Source: Macrostomum lignano (Eukaryota). Taken from it: DNA of 64,000 nucleotides. Where the stretch lies: assembly GCA_002269645.1 (NCBI GenBank), contig NIVC01000108.1:372001-436000 (forward strand). The letters are read 5' to 3'. The notes under the pieces are model-generated. The model was not told where the DNA came from. It saw only the letters and a program-made list of their open reading frames with translations, and ran no database searches. Position 1 is the stretch's first letter, and every line of letters begins with the position of its first letter. Below are positions 28,565 to 40,412 of this stretch, in pieces. The translations under genes were made by a program, and so were the position numbers.

Positions 28565-28940
28565 TCAGGGCAGCAGCTGCGGCAGGAGCCGCAGTAGCTG
28601 ACACCAGTAGGCAATAGCTGGATATTCTTTTGTTAAAACAGGAGCGGCAGTAGCTGACACCATGGCAGCAGCAGCCATAGCAGGAGCCGCAGCGGCCGAC
28701 ACCACGGCAGGAGCCGCAGCAGCCAATACCATGGCAGCAACAGCCAACACCATGGCAGCAGTAGCCGACACCATGGCAGCAGCAGCTGCGGCAAGAGCCG
28801 CAACAGCTGACATCATGGCAGCAATAGCTGACACCATGGCAGCAGTAGCCTTGATGGATGATACAGCTACTTTAGCATTGGCAGCAGTAGCCTTGGCAAT
28901 TGCTAGTTTAGCGATGACTAGTGTCACCATTATTGCCTTA
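28565..28940. repeat. Degenerate codon-like Ala/Thr repeat (GCCGACACCACGGCAGCA-type units)
   Basis: Units differ almost only by C>T/G>A changes; open on both strands but with no recognisable homology. Confidence 0.7.
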
Positions 28941-29077
28941 TGAGGACTTGGTCTGTCAGCTTAGGCAGACTTGTAGTGACCCGTTGCAGCGAGCCATCCA
29001 TGGCCTGGAGCAGTAGGCCCCTACTTGATCAGAATTGCATATCTGCAACTTGATCAACCAGTGCCTCAGTGGTCAAT

Positions 29078-29392
29078 CAATAAAAACAAAATTTTGGGAT
29101 GTAAATTCAATCAATATTTAAAGCACGCACATGTTTGTTGGTCCAAAAGTCAAAGTCAAAAGTGCATTCCCCCAACCTCAACACTCAACTCCAACACAGT
29201 GGCGTGGGTCCATGGGACATGTTCTCTGTATGTTCTGAGGGAGGGTGCACTGGATAGGCCTATACATTATATATTTCTAACTATATTGCTATCATTCCAT
29301 CCCTGGACTTTGCCTCTTGACTTTTGGACCAACAAACATGTACTTCAAATATTGATTGAATTTACACCCCAAAATTTTGTACTTTTTTACTG
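29078..29392. mobile_element. Decayed MITE-like element with about 75-bp inverted repeats
   Basis: ACAAAATTTTGGGATGTAAATTCAATCAATATTTAAAG..ACATGTTTGTTGGTCCAAAAGTCAA mirrors TTGACTTTTGGACCAACAAACATGTACTTCAAATATTGATTGAATTTACACCCCAAAATTTTGT; no TSD seen. Confidence 0.75.
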
Positions 29393-30072
29393 CCAAACTC
29401 ACTCATTTCTTTTGCTCAAAAATAAACCTAAAGATGCACAGTATCATGCAAAATGTGTCATTCAATTAGATTTATTTAATGTTTATTTTCGCCTTCCTAT
29501 TCAATATAATATACCCTCTATTATCTATATAATAACTCTATAATAGGCCTAACTCTATTTACCTATTATATGCCAACTTGAAAACTTCTAATTGCCAACC
29601 CAAATTTATAGTAGGCCTAAGCCCCTACAATAAATTTCTAGCATATCTTAGGCCTACACGATCTCCAGTATGGATTTATTCTATATGACCTATCAATATA
29701 GTAATCAGTACTGGTGATCCCATAAAAAAGATCTTTGAAACTGTTGTAAAACTGTAAAATTTACTATCGTCTATCGAAAGCCTCGACTGAAGATTTCCTA
29801 GAAATTCCAAAAAGTTGATTTCTTATTATAAAAACGTTAAAAAATAAATTTGTAACATTCGAGTTCTTTATATCTTAAAAGCCTACACCATACTTAAAAA
29901 CTGCACATTTTAGATAGATAAATTGCAACACACAGACAAACATCGCACCAGTTTTAGTATTTACAGGCTACACCACAAACAAACAAGTCACTTAAAGACA
30001 TAACATGCGCATTTAATCTACTGTAAGTAGAAATACGATCATTTTATCGTATTTTGTGAAAAAACAGCCCCA

Positions 30073-30144
30073 TTTCTAGAAATTTCCAGAATCAAGTCAG
30101 TGACACAATACTTCTAGAAACTTCCAACCGCGCAGTCTATATAA
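30073..30144 (+). promoter_or_regulatory. Heat-shock promoter: two heat-shock elements plus TATA box
   Basis: TTCtaGAAatTTCcaGAA (30074-30091, 4 units), TTCtaGAAacTTC (30112-30124, 3 units), TATATAA at 30138-30144; an A-rich leader follows. Confidence 0.9.
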
Positions 30145-30265
30145 GCGCGACAGGCTGATTCTCGAAGAGTCAAGTTGCAAAGCAAGCAAACAAGCCAATC
30201 GAAAGCAATCCAAGCAAACCAAGCAAAGCACTCGAAGCGTTCAACAATCAAGCGAATTCGCCACA

Positions 30266-31066
30266 ATGTCGCTCTGGATCGCGCCAAGCAACGTGTACAC
30301 GCCGTTCTCGCACGCCCTACCGCTCGCGGCAGCCATGAGCGAGCTGGACGACTGGCTGACGCCCGAGTACGACCCGCTGGTGCAGCTGCTGCGCCACCGG
30401 GGTCCGAGGCGACCTCGGCAGTGGAGCCGGACTGTCGACCTTCGCGGCTTCCCCCCGAAGGACGTGTCGGTGAAGCGAGAGGACCGGAAGGTGCGCGTGG
30501 TGGCTCGGCTCGAGAACGGCGAGGACTCGACGGAGGTGAAGCGGACGGTGGAGCTGCCGGAGGAGGTGGACGCTGAGAAGCTGAGCAGCGGCTTCACCCA
30601 GGACGGCATGCTGGTGCTGAAGGCGCCGTTCAAGGAGCAGCAGCTCAAGCAGCAACAGCAGCAGCAGGACTCGGTGTGGGACGAGCTGCGCAGTCTGCTG
30701 CGAGGCGACCTGCAGTCCGGCCAGCTGGTGGAGGCCAGCGACGGCAGCAAGCGGTTCAAGGCGGAGCTGTCGGTGCGCGAGTTCAAGCCGGACGAGATCC
30801 GCATCAAGCAGCAGGGCGACTGCGTGCGAGTCGAGGCTGAGCACAAGGACGAGTCGAACGGGCAGCGGATCCACAAGCGGCTGGAGAGAGAGTTCCAGCT
30901 GCCCGCCGGCACCAAGCTGGACCAGGTGGCCAGCAAGCTCAGCCAGGACGGCCGGCTCTGCATCGAGGCGCCGTTCGAGGCTCCGCCCGCCAAGGAGAAG
31001 CCGCAGCTCAAGGATGTCCCCATGGAGATCGACAAGCCTGCCGAGCTGCAGAATGGGGCCCAGTGA
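30266..31066 (+). CDS. Small heat-shock protein with two alpha-crystallin domains (p40/major egg antigen-like architecture)
   Basis: Intronless 266-aa ORF. Domain 1 VDLRGFPPKDVSVK..VELPEEVDAEKLSSGFTQDGMLVLKAP; polyQ linker; domain 2 LSVREFKPDEIRIK..VEAEH..REFQLPAG..VASKLSQDGRLCIEAP. HSE promoter upstream. Confidence 0.93.
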   Translation: MSLWIAPSNVYTPFSHALPLAAAMSELDDWLTPEYDPLVQLLRHRGPRRPRQWSRTVDLRGFPPKDVSVKREDRKVRVVARLENGEDSTEVKRTVELPEEVDAEKLSSGFTQDGMLVLKAPFKEQQLKQQQQQQDSVWDELRSLLRGDLQSGQLVEASDGSKRFKAELSVREFKPDEIRIKQQGDCVRVEAEHKDESNGQRIHKRLEREFQLPAGTKLDQVASKLSQDGRLCIEAPFEAPPAKEKPQLKDVPMEIDKPAELQNGAQ

Positions 31067-31599
31067 TGTGCCGGTTGTCATGGCAACTGCCTTAACTCGA
31101 ACTGACAGTTGAGAACAGTGGCATGTACTTTGGGTCTCACTGACCTGCATGTGCATGTATGGGTATGCTTTGAGCTAAGTTGATTGCTTTTATTGTTATA
31201 CTGCGATCTAGTACATTGCCCACCTGTATTATGAATGACTGTCTGATTTAGTAGCTCAATAGTACTGCTTGCATTTACTCCAGATTTACAGGTTGCACAG
31301 CAACCAGCACTGCATTCTCATTGAAATCATTGTAAACTGCTGGCATTGAAATCATTAACAATATACTGCAGGCATTCGCCCTGATCTTGAGGGCATTGGT
31401 CGTTTACTTTGCCTTAATTAGAACTGTTCCTGCATTTTGTTCTGACTTTATTATTCACACTAGGCGAAGGACGGGGCAAAGCCAGTGAAGGCTTCAATTT
31501 GCACCATTTTACTGACGCGCCTGTGCATGGGGCTTAAAGTCGTGAAGAAAAACTTACCTTGGTGTTTAGAAAATCAAGTCAAAAGAGAGATGAAGCATG

Positions 31600-31885
31600 C
31601 GGCATCTCATTGATCCCCCTTCCTTAGCATTGGCATCTCATTGATCCCCCTTCCTTAGCATTGGCATCTCATTGATCCCCCTTCCTTAGCATTGGCATCT
31701 CATTGATCCCCCTTCCTTAGCATTGGCATCTCATTGATCCCCCTTTCTTAGCATTGGCATCTCATTGATCCCCCTTTCTTAGCATTGGCATCTCATTGAT
31801 CCCCCTTTCTTAGCATTGGCATCTCATTGATCCCCCTTTCTTAGCATTGGCATCTCATTGATCCCCCTTTCTTCGCATTGGCATC
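31600..31885. repeat. 31-bp minisatellite abutting the broken end of the piggyBac ORF
   Basis: GGCATCTCATTGATCCCCCTTTCTTAGCATT, about 9 copies. Confidence 0.92.
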
Positions 31886-32995
31886 TCATTGAGCATTGGA
31901 GACCGGCACCGAAGGTTGCGTGTTCGGCCTCAACAGAATGCAGCAGGAAATTCCACAGGTATCCCGTCGTGGACTCAGTCAGACAATACAGTTTGATGCC
32001 GTACTTTGCCTTCTTGCTTGGAATATACTTCTTCAGCAGAAGTCTCCCCTTGTATAGAATCAGCGTCTCATCGATGGCGACATCCTGCTCTGGTCGATAG
32101 GTTTCGCGACAAATTCGGCTAATCAAGTCCAGAAAAGGCCTTACTTTGCACAGTGGGTCGTTGATATCGAACTCTCGGCAGTCGTAGCACCGGAAGTAGG
32201 CCAGTAGCTGAAGAAATCGCCAACGGGGAAGGCTCTCGGCTTGCTGAAAATATGGATTCCGATACATGACGTCTGTGGACCAGTAGTGGCGTATGGTCGG
32301 CTTGCTGTTGATGCCCATGAAGAGCACCATGCCCAGAAACTTTTTCATCTCGGCCACACAGCATGGTTTAAGAGCAGACAGTCCAGCAGGCAACTCTTCC
32401 TCGCCAGTTTCTGCACTCTTCTGCTGAAACTCCCTGACTGACAACCACATTCTCTCATTGGTCCATGTGACAAGACTGGTGAGAAACTCTTCAGTCAGGA
32501 AGATTGATAAAAATTCCGCCATACTTTCGTCTGGATTTTCTGGCAGATCGATGCTTGGATTGATGGTCGAAAACCCTCGGAATTCCGGCACCCGGTCGTG
32601 GTCAAACGAGTTGTCACTTCCAGGGGCTACTTCAACCCATTCCGCGGCCGCCTCATCTTGGCTCTGATCAGTTTCTGGATCCATGCTTTCCGACTCCGTT
32701 TCTGACTCAAAAACCGTCGACTCATCGCTTGATAAAGCGTCATCCGAATCGGAATCGAGTCCCAGTCTGCGCAAGGCATCACTTTTAGCTGTCCTTTTCG
32801 GGCGCGTAGAAGCCATTGTGAGTAGGAAGGTTTGAACAGGAGCTAGCAGAAAAACTCTGTGGTATACTTTACTTCTGGGCTTTTAGGGTGTGCACTCGAT
32901 TCAGAAAAAAAGACAAATTTGTCTATGGACTGCTCTGCAGGCCTTTGGGCTTTTAAGCGATCTTACAGAACCAAGCTTGGGCGCGAAGTGGTTAA
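31824..32995 (-). mobile_element. 3'-truncated piggyBac (PGBD4-like) transposon
   Basis: ORF 32816-31824: acidic N-terminus, EMKKFLGMVLFMG, YWS, RWRFLQLL, KVRPFLD, AIDETLILYKGR (first catalytic D), KYGIKLYCL..TGY. The later D residues are missing. Candidate 5' end TTAA|CCACTTC at 32995-32985. Confidence 0.85.
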
Positions 32996-33928
32996 ATGAT
33001 CGCATTTCTACTTACAGTAGAGGAAATATACAATGCGCTTATTTTTCTTTTGCGGGTGATTATCATACAAATTTTGGGAAAACGAATAGTGCGAAATTTT
33101 GGCAAAGGCTTCGAAAAGTACACTTTGATGAGGAATATTAATCCTAGTACGACAGATTGGCGGGTGCAAATGAGGCATTCACCAGTCCAACGCATGCCAC
33201 GCGTACGAGTTAAACAAGAGCGTAATTTATTTAGCATATAAACTACAGCAACCCGAGCTTCACACATGCAACAGATGCAGCAAATGTTTATTACCAAAGA
33301 TTGACAATCTTAATGCACGTTTCCGAATTTCCTGTATCGATTTAAACAAAATGCTAAGCGCGAATTTAAAATATATCAGCGGCTTAAGCTGAGTCATGTT
33401 GCGGAGGATAATAAACCGGCTGTTGATCGCGCTTGAGCGATTTTATCAACCTCACAGACGGTGACGGCCTGTCAGTGCGCGTGGCTGTCTTCTGTGAGCT
33501 CCTCATTATGGGAAATCGGGATGAAATGCAGATTTGCAGGCCGTGAGGTGCAATTACCAATGCAGCTGGGGGCTTATTGATTCAGCGCTGAAGGCGCCGC
33601 ACTTCCCTTTCATTTAGCAAGTAGCTGATCATCTGACAGACAGCACAGGCTGGCTGCCCCATTGCTAAGCATGCCGTTCTTCCCCAGGCTCCCGGATGCA
33701 CGCATCGAGAGCGTGTCAGCCGCTGGCGTGACGAGATGCGAATCAGCCAAGCCATGCTGCAGTCCCAACTTGTTAAAAAAACAAAGAACAACACGAAAGG
33801 CTGATGGAAGCAGTTTTTATTGGGTAAATTATTTGAAAAGTTTACAGTAAGATTAACAATGTCTCTTCTTTGCTCATTAAAAAGTCAATTAATTATCTGA
33901 GTAAGCAAGTCGGAAGAAATCTGGTAAC

Positions 33929-36900
33929 TTATTTTCGCGTCGGCGTTGACTTCTCAACGGGGCTCTTGTGAGACGAGCCCACCTTGGGCGAGCGGCCCTT
34001 TTTTGCGCGCTTGCCGCCGTCCTCCTTCTCGGCGGCAGTCTCGGCTTGCCCGGACGGGGCCCGCTTGGCAAACAGGCTGTCCAGCGAGTTGTGCCGCCTC
34101 AGCCCCATGAGGTGGCGGCAGCGGTCTGAGATGCCGTGGTAGGCCTGCTCAGCCAGCCGCTTGCCGCGCAGATGATCGTCTCTGACTACGAACACTTTGA
34201 ACTCCGTCTCGGTGAAGACGAGGGCCACCTTCCCGGCGTGGCCGACAACCAGCTGGAAGTCCTTTTCTTCGTCATCCTCTCCGGAAGGAGTCTGACCCTG
34301 CTGCCTCTTCCGCAACCTGTGCAGGATGGACCTGCCGAGGACGGTGCCGCTGCCCGCAGAACCGTCGTTGCGAAGGATGGTCAGCTCGTTCTGCGCCTTG
34401 TCCAGCACGACGATGAGCGAGCCGTCTCCGATGAACCGGGGAATCGTGTCCAGCTGCTGAGCGTCGGCACCATCCGGGGACAGGCTGAGCTGCTTGAGGG
34501 CGTCTCCACGGGTGGTGTCGTACAGGCGCAAGCTCTTGTCGATTCCGACCTTGCCGTCCCTAGTGATGTCCCGGATGTAGTCCTGCGTTGAGAAGGAGGA
34601 GATGACACAGGCTTTCTGAATGTCTACCTTAGCGTACTGGATCTCGTTCTCCTTGATGACGAATTGGAGCAGCACGATGTTGGGACTTTCGTCCGGCACT
34701 AGCATGCCCTTGATCAGGGGGATTCTGGCGTACTCGTCGATTCCCTTCAACAGACTCGCCACATCAACCTCGTGCTGGACTCTCTCGAACAGCTTGCCCC
34801 CGAGCGTCTTGACGAAGCGGCCGTTTCTGCCGCAACAGATCACCAAGCGGCTGTTGGACTCAACAAGTTTTGACGCGATGATCCTGTGCTCGAGATACGT
34901 CTGCTGAAGGAACTGGCCGGTCTGCAGGTCGTACGCGCTCAAAATGTCATTCGCTTCCGGCGACTCCCGCGTCCTGCTGGCGTGGTCCGGCTTCAGCGTG
35001 AGCAGCAGTCGGCTGGTGACGTGGCTCACGGCTTCTCCGGTGATGGAAATCTGGCTTACCAACTGCCCCGTGTCCGTGTCGTGCACCCGAATCACCTTCT
35101 GACCATACGGATCGCCCGGGCTTGGCCGCGGCTTTGCTGGCCTTCCCACTGTTGGCGTGGCCTCGATGTAGAGACCGCCGGTGAAGTAGTTCCTGTTCGG
35201 CAGCTCAGGCTTCCGCAGGTTTGCTCCCCTTTCCCGCGCCACGGCGCCGCCTCGGGCATCTGGCTGGCTTGAAAAGTCTTCAGTTGCTGACGCGCGCTTT
35301 GGCTTCTTGGCTTCAAAAATGAGAAGCAGCTTCTCTCCGTCCGGAGTGATCTTGCGCTGCACTGGAAAGCTGCCGATAACCTCTGATTTGTGCGTCATGT
35401 CGTAGCTCAGGTAGCTGCCATTGTCCAGATTGAGGAAGGTGAAGTCGCAAAGATTCGGGTTGTTGTCATACAGAATGTTCAAGTCGGTGTGGTAGTAGGG
35501 GCTGTTCAACGCCGTGCCGTAGTAGGCAACCTGGGCCTCCACCTGAGTTGGACGATCACTGGGTGACTTCAGACTGCTTAGAGTGACCTGATTCGGCGTG
35601 ACCAACAGGGTGAGTCGCTCCTTCACTACGTAGACATCTTCGATCCGGCTTCCAATACTGACCTGCTGGACGAGCTCTCCAGAGCTGCAGTTGAACAGGC
35701 GGACGGTGGTGTCGCTCTCGCTGTGCAGCACGAACTGGTACACGTGCGCGCCGTCCACGGAGAACCGGGTTACTGCGTTGGGCACCTGCGGCAACACGGC
35801 CTGAACAGTTTTCTGACTCAATGACCAGATTGTCTCCACTGTGCGAATGTCGTTGATGTTGTACTCAACAATGAGATACTTCTCATCGATAGACAGCATC
35901 ATGTTGGTCACGGATGTGTGAGACTTGTATTTAGCGAACAGGCTCTTAAACTCGGGTCCAAGGTTTTCTTGCCTCTCTAAGCTGAACTCCATGGAAGGCG
36001 TCAGCTTCTTGATGTCGCGCTTGATGGCCTGGGCGATGTCGTAGCGCAAGACGAGTCCGAGGTTTTTGCAGCCAACGAACACAAACTCGGTGCGCGCGTT
36101 GGACAGCAGGCAGGTGGAATAGAGGTGGCAGGACAGAACGCAAACCTGGTCTCCTGTTGTTGTGTTGAGCAAGCGCAGGTTCGTCTCAACCTTACTTGAG
36201 TCGGTCTTCCAAGCTTTTGGCGCGATAATGTACTTGTCGTTGGGCGTGATCAGGAACGGCCAGTGGAAGTTCTTGAACTCCAGGGCCGGTGACGCATTCG
36301 AGTGCTGGTAGACGCGCACTTTGCCATCCACGCGAAGCACAACGTAGCTTTTGGTCAGGTAAACAATTTTAGGCTTCTCCGAGGCTCTGAACTCCAGCTT
36401 GTTGTCAAAGGTGGCGGTGCTGAGGTTCAGAAACAAGTAGCCGCAGGTGTCCCTGTCAGAGACCCGCTTTTTATAGTAAAGCAGCATCTGCTCGTCAGTC
36501 TGCGGCATGTAGGTGATGCTCAAAAACTTGCTGCCATCGTGCTCGCCTAAGTTGAGGATCTGCGACTTCGTGGCGGACTTCGCGTCCCACACGTAGAGGA
36601 ACAGCTCGCCGTTGATGAGCAGCAGCGTGGCCAGGAATCGGTTGTCCGGCGACAGGGCGCACTGGATCGGAACGCTTGCGGGCCCCGGAAGTGGCACCTT
36701 GGTTTCGTCCATCTCCACTGGCGGAAATGAAGGCACAACCGGGCAGAGGCAGTTCACGCGGCTTCCCTGACTGTCGATCTGCTGCAGCAGACCGGTGATG
36801 AGAACCTGTGAGCCGGCCAGGTGGCAGAGACGGCCGGACAGTTCGATTCCCATGAGGCTGAGGTCTTTCTCGATTATTGGAGCGAGCAACCTGAGCAGAG

Positions 36901-39900
36901 AAATCAGCACCTCAACCTCCTGGTTTGCTCGAACCTCGTAGTTCTGGCGCAGAAAGTAGAACTCGGAGATCAAATCGTTTACGCTGAACGCGTTGAGCTT
37001 GGCGTACAAGTAATCAAAGTTGAAGAGGCAGGAGCGGTACAGGTCGGACACTTTCTCCCCCTTGAGGAGACTGTAAGTGAGCTCGCTCAGCTTCCTGTTG
37101 TTGCTCACGGAAAGATCGCGTCCACTCCACATGAAGGACTGGTACAGAGCCACTCGGTCCACGTTGACGCTTTTGGACTCATCGCCGTCTGTCTGAGACT
37201 TTTCAAAAAGCGGCTTCGCCTTGGCCCCGGCCCAGCGACCGCTCCAGTACTCGGCGAGCTGCTGGCTGACCTGCACGCCGAACTCCTTGTTGAGCTGGTA
37301 GTAGTCTGTCACAGCTGAGCGGAGGACATCGTGTGCCCACGTGTACACCAGTCGGTCATCCAGCTGCACCCGGATCAGGTAGAGCTCGACGTCGTCCAGA
37401 AATGCCGTGATGATCCCCATGGGGACTCGGTAGAAGTTCGAGTGCTTGGCGTCGAACCCGGAGTCTACAGCGACAGAATTGTCCAGGCTGAGGACATCCT
37501 GCAGCTCCGGGAGCGACAGGCCAAAGCGCGAGCAGCTGATGTACGACAGAATGCTCTTCACTACCCACAGGCCGTGCTTCTGCTCAAGCTGCTCCAGGCG
37601 TTTCATAAAGACGAGCTTGACTCGGTCGGGCAGCTTGTCTTCGCGGCAGGGCAGGACATCGGCCAGGATGATTGTGTACAGCGGATACGAGTTGTTCTGC
37701 AGCAGCGAGTTCGCCAGCTCGCGGTTCTTGTCGCCGATGGCTTTTCCTTTGGCCGCCAGGATGCTGGGAAACTCCTTGATGGCCGCGGATGGGACGACGC
37801 CGGTCAGCGTCAGGGAGCTGCTGTCGTCAAAGCGGCGCTTGAAATTGGTGAGGAAACTTTCGCTGCCGGCCGTCACCAGCACTTTGACGTTGGCCGGCAG
37901 CCGGTGCGGCAGCCAGCGGAACAGCTCGGTGTGGCTCTGCGGGTACAGAAGGTCGATGTCGTCCAGCACGATCAGCAGCTGCTTCTTGAAGCCGGGAAGC
38001 TGCAACGCCCGCGTGAAGTCGTACACGACCTGGGCGTACTCGCAGCTAGGCGCGAACTGTCTCCTGGCGTGGAAGTAGATTTCCTGCGTGACGCTGGCGA
38101 TGATCTGCTGCAGCGTGCAGGACAGAGTGGTTCGCCCGCAGCAGCGCTTGATGATCACCAGATTGTCGTCAGTCATCTGGTCAATCAGCTGCTTGATGAT
38201 GGCGGTCTTGCCTGAGCCGTGGTCGCCGTAAAGAAGGCCGGGCAGCTGAGACTTGGAGGCCACGTAGTTCTGCAGGATTTTGAGCTCCCGGTCTCGGCTG
38301 AACACGGGCGGACGGACCCGCTGGCCTGCCAAAACGGCGCTGTGCGTCTCGATCTCCATCGGCAGCGGCAAGGCCAGGAACTCGTGTCTGCCGCAGAATT
38401 TCATCACGTGATTCTTCAGCTTTTCAAAGGTCTGCTTGGCAAAGATGGTCAGGTAGGTTGTGGCCTTCATGTCCTTGCTGGCCAGCGGGGTCTCGGCCAG
38501 CTTGCTGACCACGTTCGACTTGTTCCGCTGCACCAGCTTGTACTCGGACAGCATGGCGGACGAGATGGAGAATCGAACGTAGTTCTCCTTGGGCAGGCGC
38601 TGCAGGAACTCCTCGCGCAGCTGCTGCACCTTCTCGTTGCTCGACTGGCTGAATCGACCGAATGCGTCCAGGTCGAGGAACTGCTCCTTCAGCTCCGGGT
38701 CCTCGGTGGCGCCCCATTCGCGGACGTCTTTCAGCACTCGGGCAAAGGCGATGCACTGATCAATGGGTTTCTTGTCCGTCCTGAGGTACTTCAGGTAGTG
38801 CTCAACGGCTGCAAGTCAGGGTTCAGGGTTCAGTTTTTTAGTTAGATTTTAGTTAGAGGCAGGTCGCTGTGTGCACCCTGGCGCACTTTAGGCGACATTG
38901 TCGCACAACCGGCGAGAGGCATTGCTGCCCATTCCGCCGACCCCCCTGAGCAGGCACACAAGCGCGCGGATACGTACGCAGTCATACGCAAAGGCACACA
39001 CTCGCGCAGGAGTGTACAGCGGCCCTAACTTTATTTATCGTTAGGAATGTGCACTTCACTGTGCCTTGGGGGTTGGCCATCAAGGCCGTTAATTGCACTC
39101 GAAATCGAGACAGCTCAGCTAGGCCCCCCGTTCGCGATTCGGCTTACGAGGAACGAAAAGAGCGTCGACCTGGTCCTGCGTCAGCGTTCCGTCGCCCACC
39201 GCCTCGCTGGCGACCTGCGGCAGTCGCTGGCGAAGGCTCTCGGCCAGGTCGGGCGCCGCGCCCTGCAGTTTGTAGCTCAGGTCCGACTGCTTGGCGTACA
39301 GCTTCTGGAAGCTCGTCCACAGCGGGTCATTTTTCTTTTTCAACCCGTTGAGAAAGGCGGCGAACTCCGGCTCGCTCAGCTGGGGCGGGAGCTTTGAGTT
39401 GCCGAACTTCTCGCCCACGAGCACCTACGATAGGGAAGTGGGCAGGCAGTGCAGTTGTGAGTAGGCGAGCTGCAAGCACAGAGTAGTGCTGAGGAATCCC
39501 TGTCTGCTCAAGAGTTGATCCTGATCACCCTAGAACGAGTCCTGATCACCAATAACCTGTCCCGATTACCGCACGAGTCCCAATTACCCAAGAACCGGTC
39601 CCAATTACCCAAGAACCCGTCCCAATTACCCAAGAACCGGTCCCGATTACCCAAGCACCTGTCCCGATTACCCAAGCACCAGTCCCGATTACCCAAGAAC
39701 CGGTCCCGATTACCCAAGCACCAGTCCCGATTACCCAAGCACCAGTCCCGATTACCCAAGAACCGGTCCCGATTACCCAAGCACCAGTCCCGATTACCCA
39801 AGAACCGGTCCCGATTACCCAAGAACCGGTCCCGATTACCCAAGAACCGGTCCCGATTACCCAAGCACCAGTCTCGATTACCCAAGCACCAGTCCCGATT

Positions 39901-40412
39901 ACCCAAGCGCCAGTCCCGATTACCCAAGCACCAGTCCCGATCACCAGTCCCGGTCACGGATCAAGAATCACTCTGCCAGGCAGACTCACCAGAGCCGCGG
40001 GCCCATCGCTGGTGTCGAAACAGTCGTCGCTGTCCCGCAAGCAGTCGCGGGATGACCTCTTGGGCAGTTTGACCCCGGCAGAGCTTTGCAGCGGGTCGAT
40101 GAGCTGTTGGAGGGGGGATTTTGAGCCCAGATTGAGCTGAGGCAATCACAATCAAGGCCCATCCAGAATTGAAATCTCACCAGAAAGTCGGTAGAAAATG
40201 TCTCGATACAAAACTTTCTCAGCTGAGGCGTGACCACGTTCTGCAGGATGGACTTCTCCACTTCGAACTCTGAAATGTTGCGGAGGGGGGCTGCAGTGGC
40301 TGGGGGGGGTCCTTGGCTCAGCAAAAGAATGCAGCTGACTGGAGCTGAACCAACCTCCTTCGTTGGAGAACAAGAAGACGCGGACCTCCCGCCTGAGCTT
40401 CTTGCTGGCCAT
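33929..40412 (-). CDS. NACHT and WD-repeat protein (NWD1/NWD2-like STAND NTPase), 1816 aa, 5 exons
   Basis: Exons 40412-40355, 40269-40181, 40136-39990, 39424-39148, 38808-33929 sum to 1817 codons. N-terminal RVFLFS..EFEVEKSIL...VTPQLRKFC (DUF4062-like); Walker A GDHGSGKT; Walker B LLIVLDDID; SRFGLSLPELQDVLSLD; beta-rich C-terminus. Confidence 0.88.
39555..39950. repeat. 21-bp minisatellite in NWD intron 3
   Basis: GTCCCGATTACCCAAGAACCG / ..GCACCA, about 18 copies. Confidence 0.93.

Larger units (their letters stand above)
26430..29700. other. CpG-depleted, TpA-rich tract (decayed repeat/TE DNA)
   Basis: By-eye count: 0 CG versus 15 GC in 27001-27300, compared with 7 CG in the similarly AT-rich 3001-3300. 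Frequent CTAG/TAGGCCTA. CpG returns abruptly after about 29700. Confidence 0.75.

Noticed and set aside
30241-31156. Antisense ORFs overlapping the sHSP (and similar ones over ABCD, NWD, GPCR, actin, Wee1)
   Set aside because: Shadow ORFs expected from GC-rich codon usage of the real genes.
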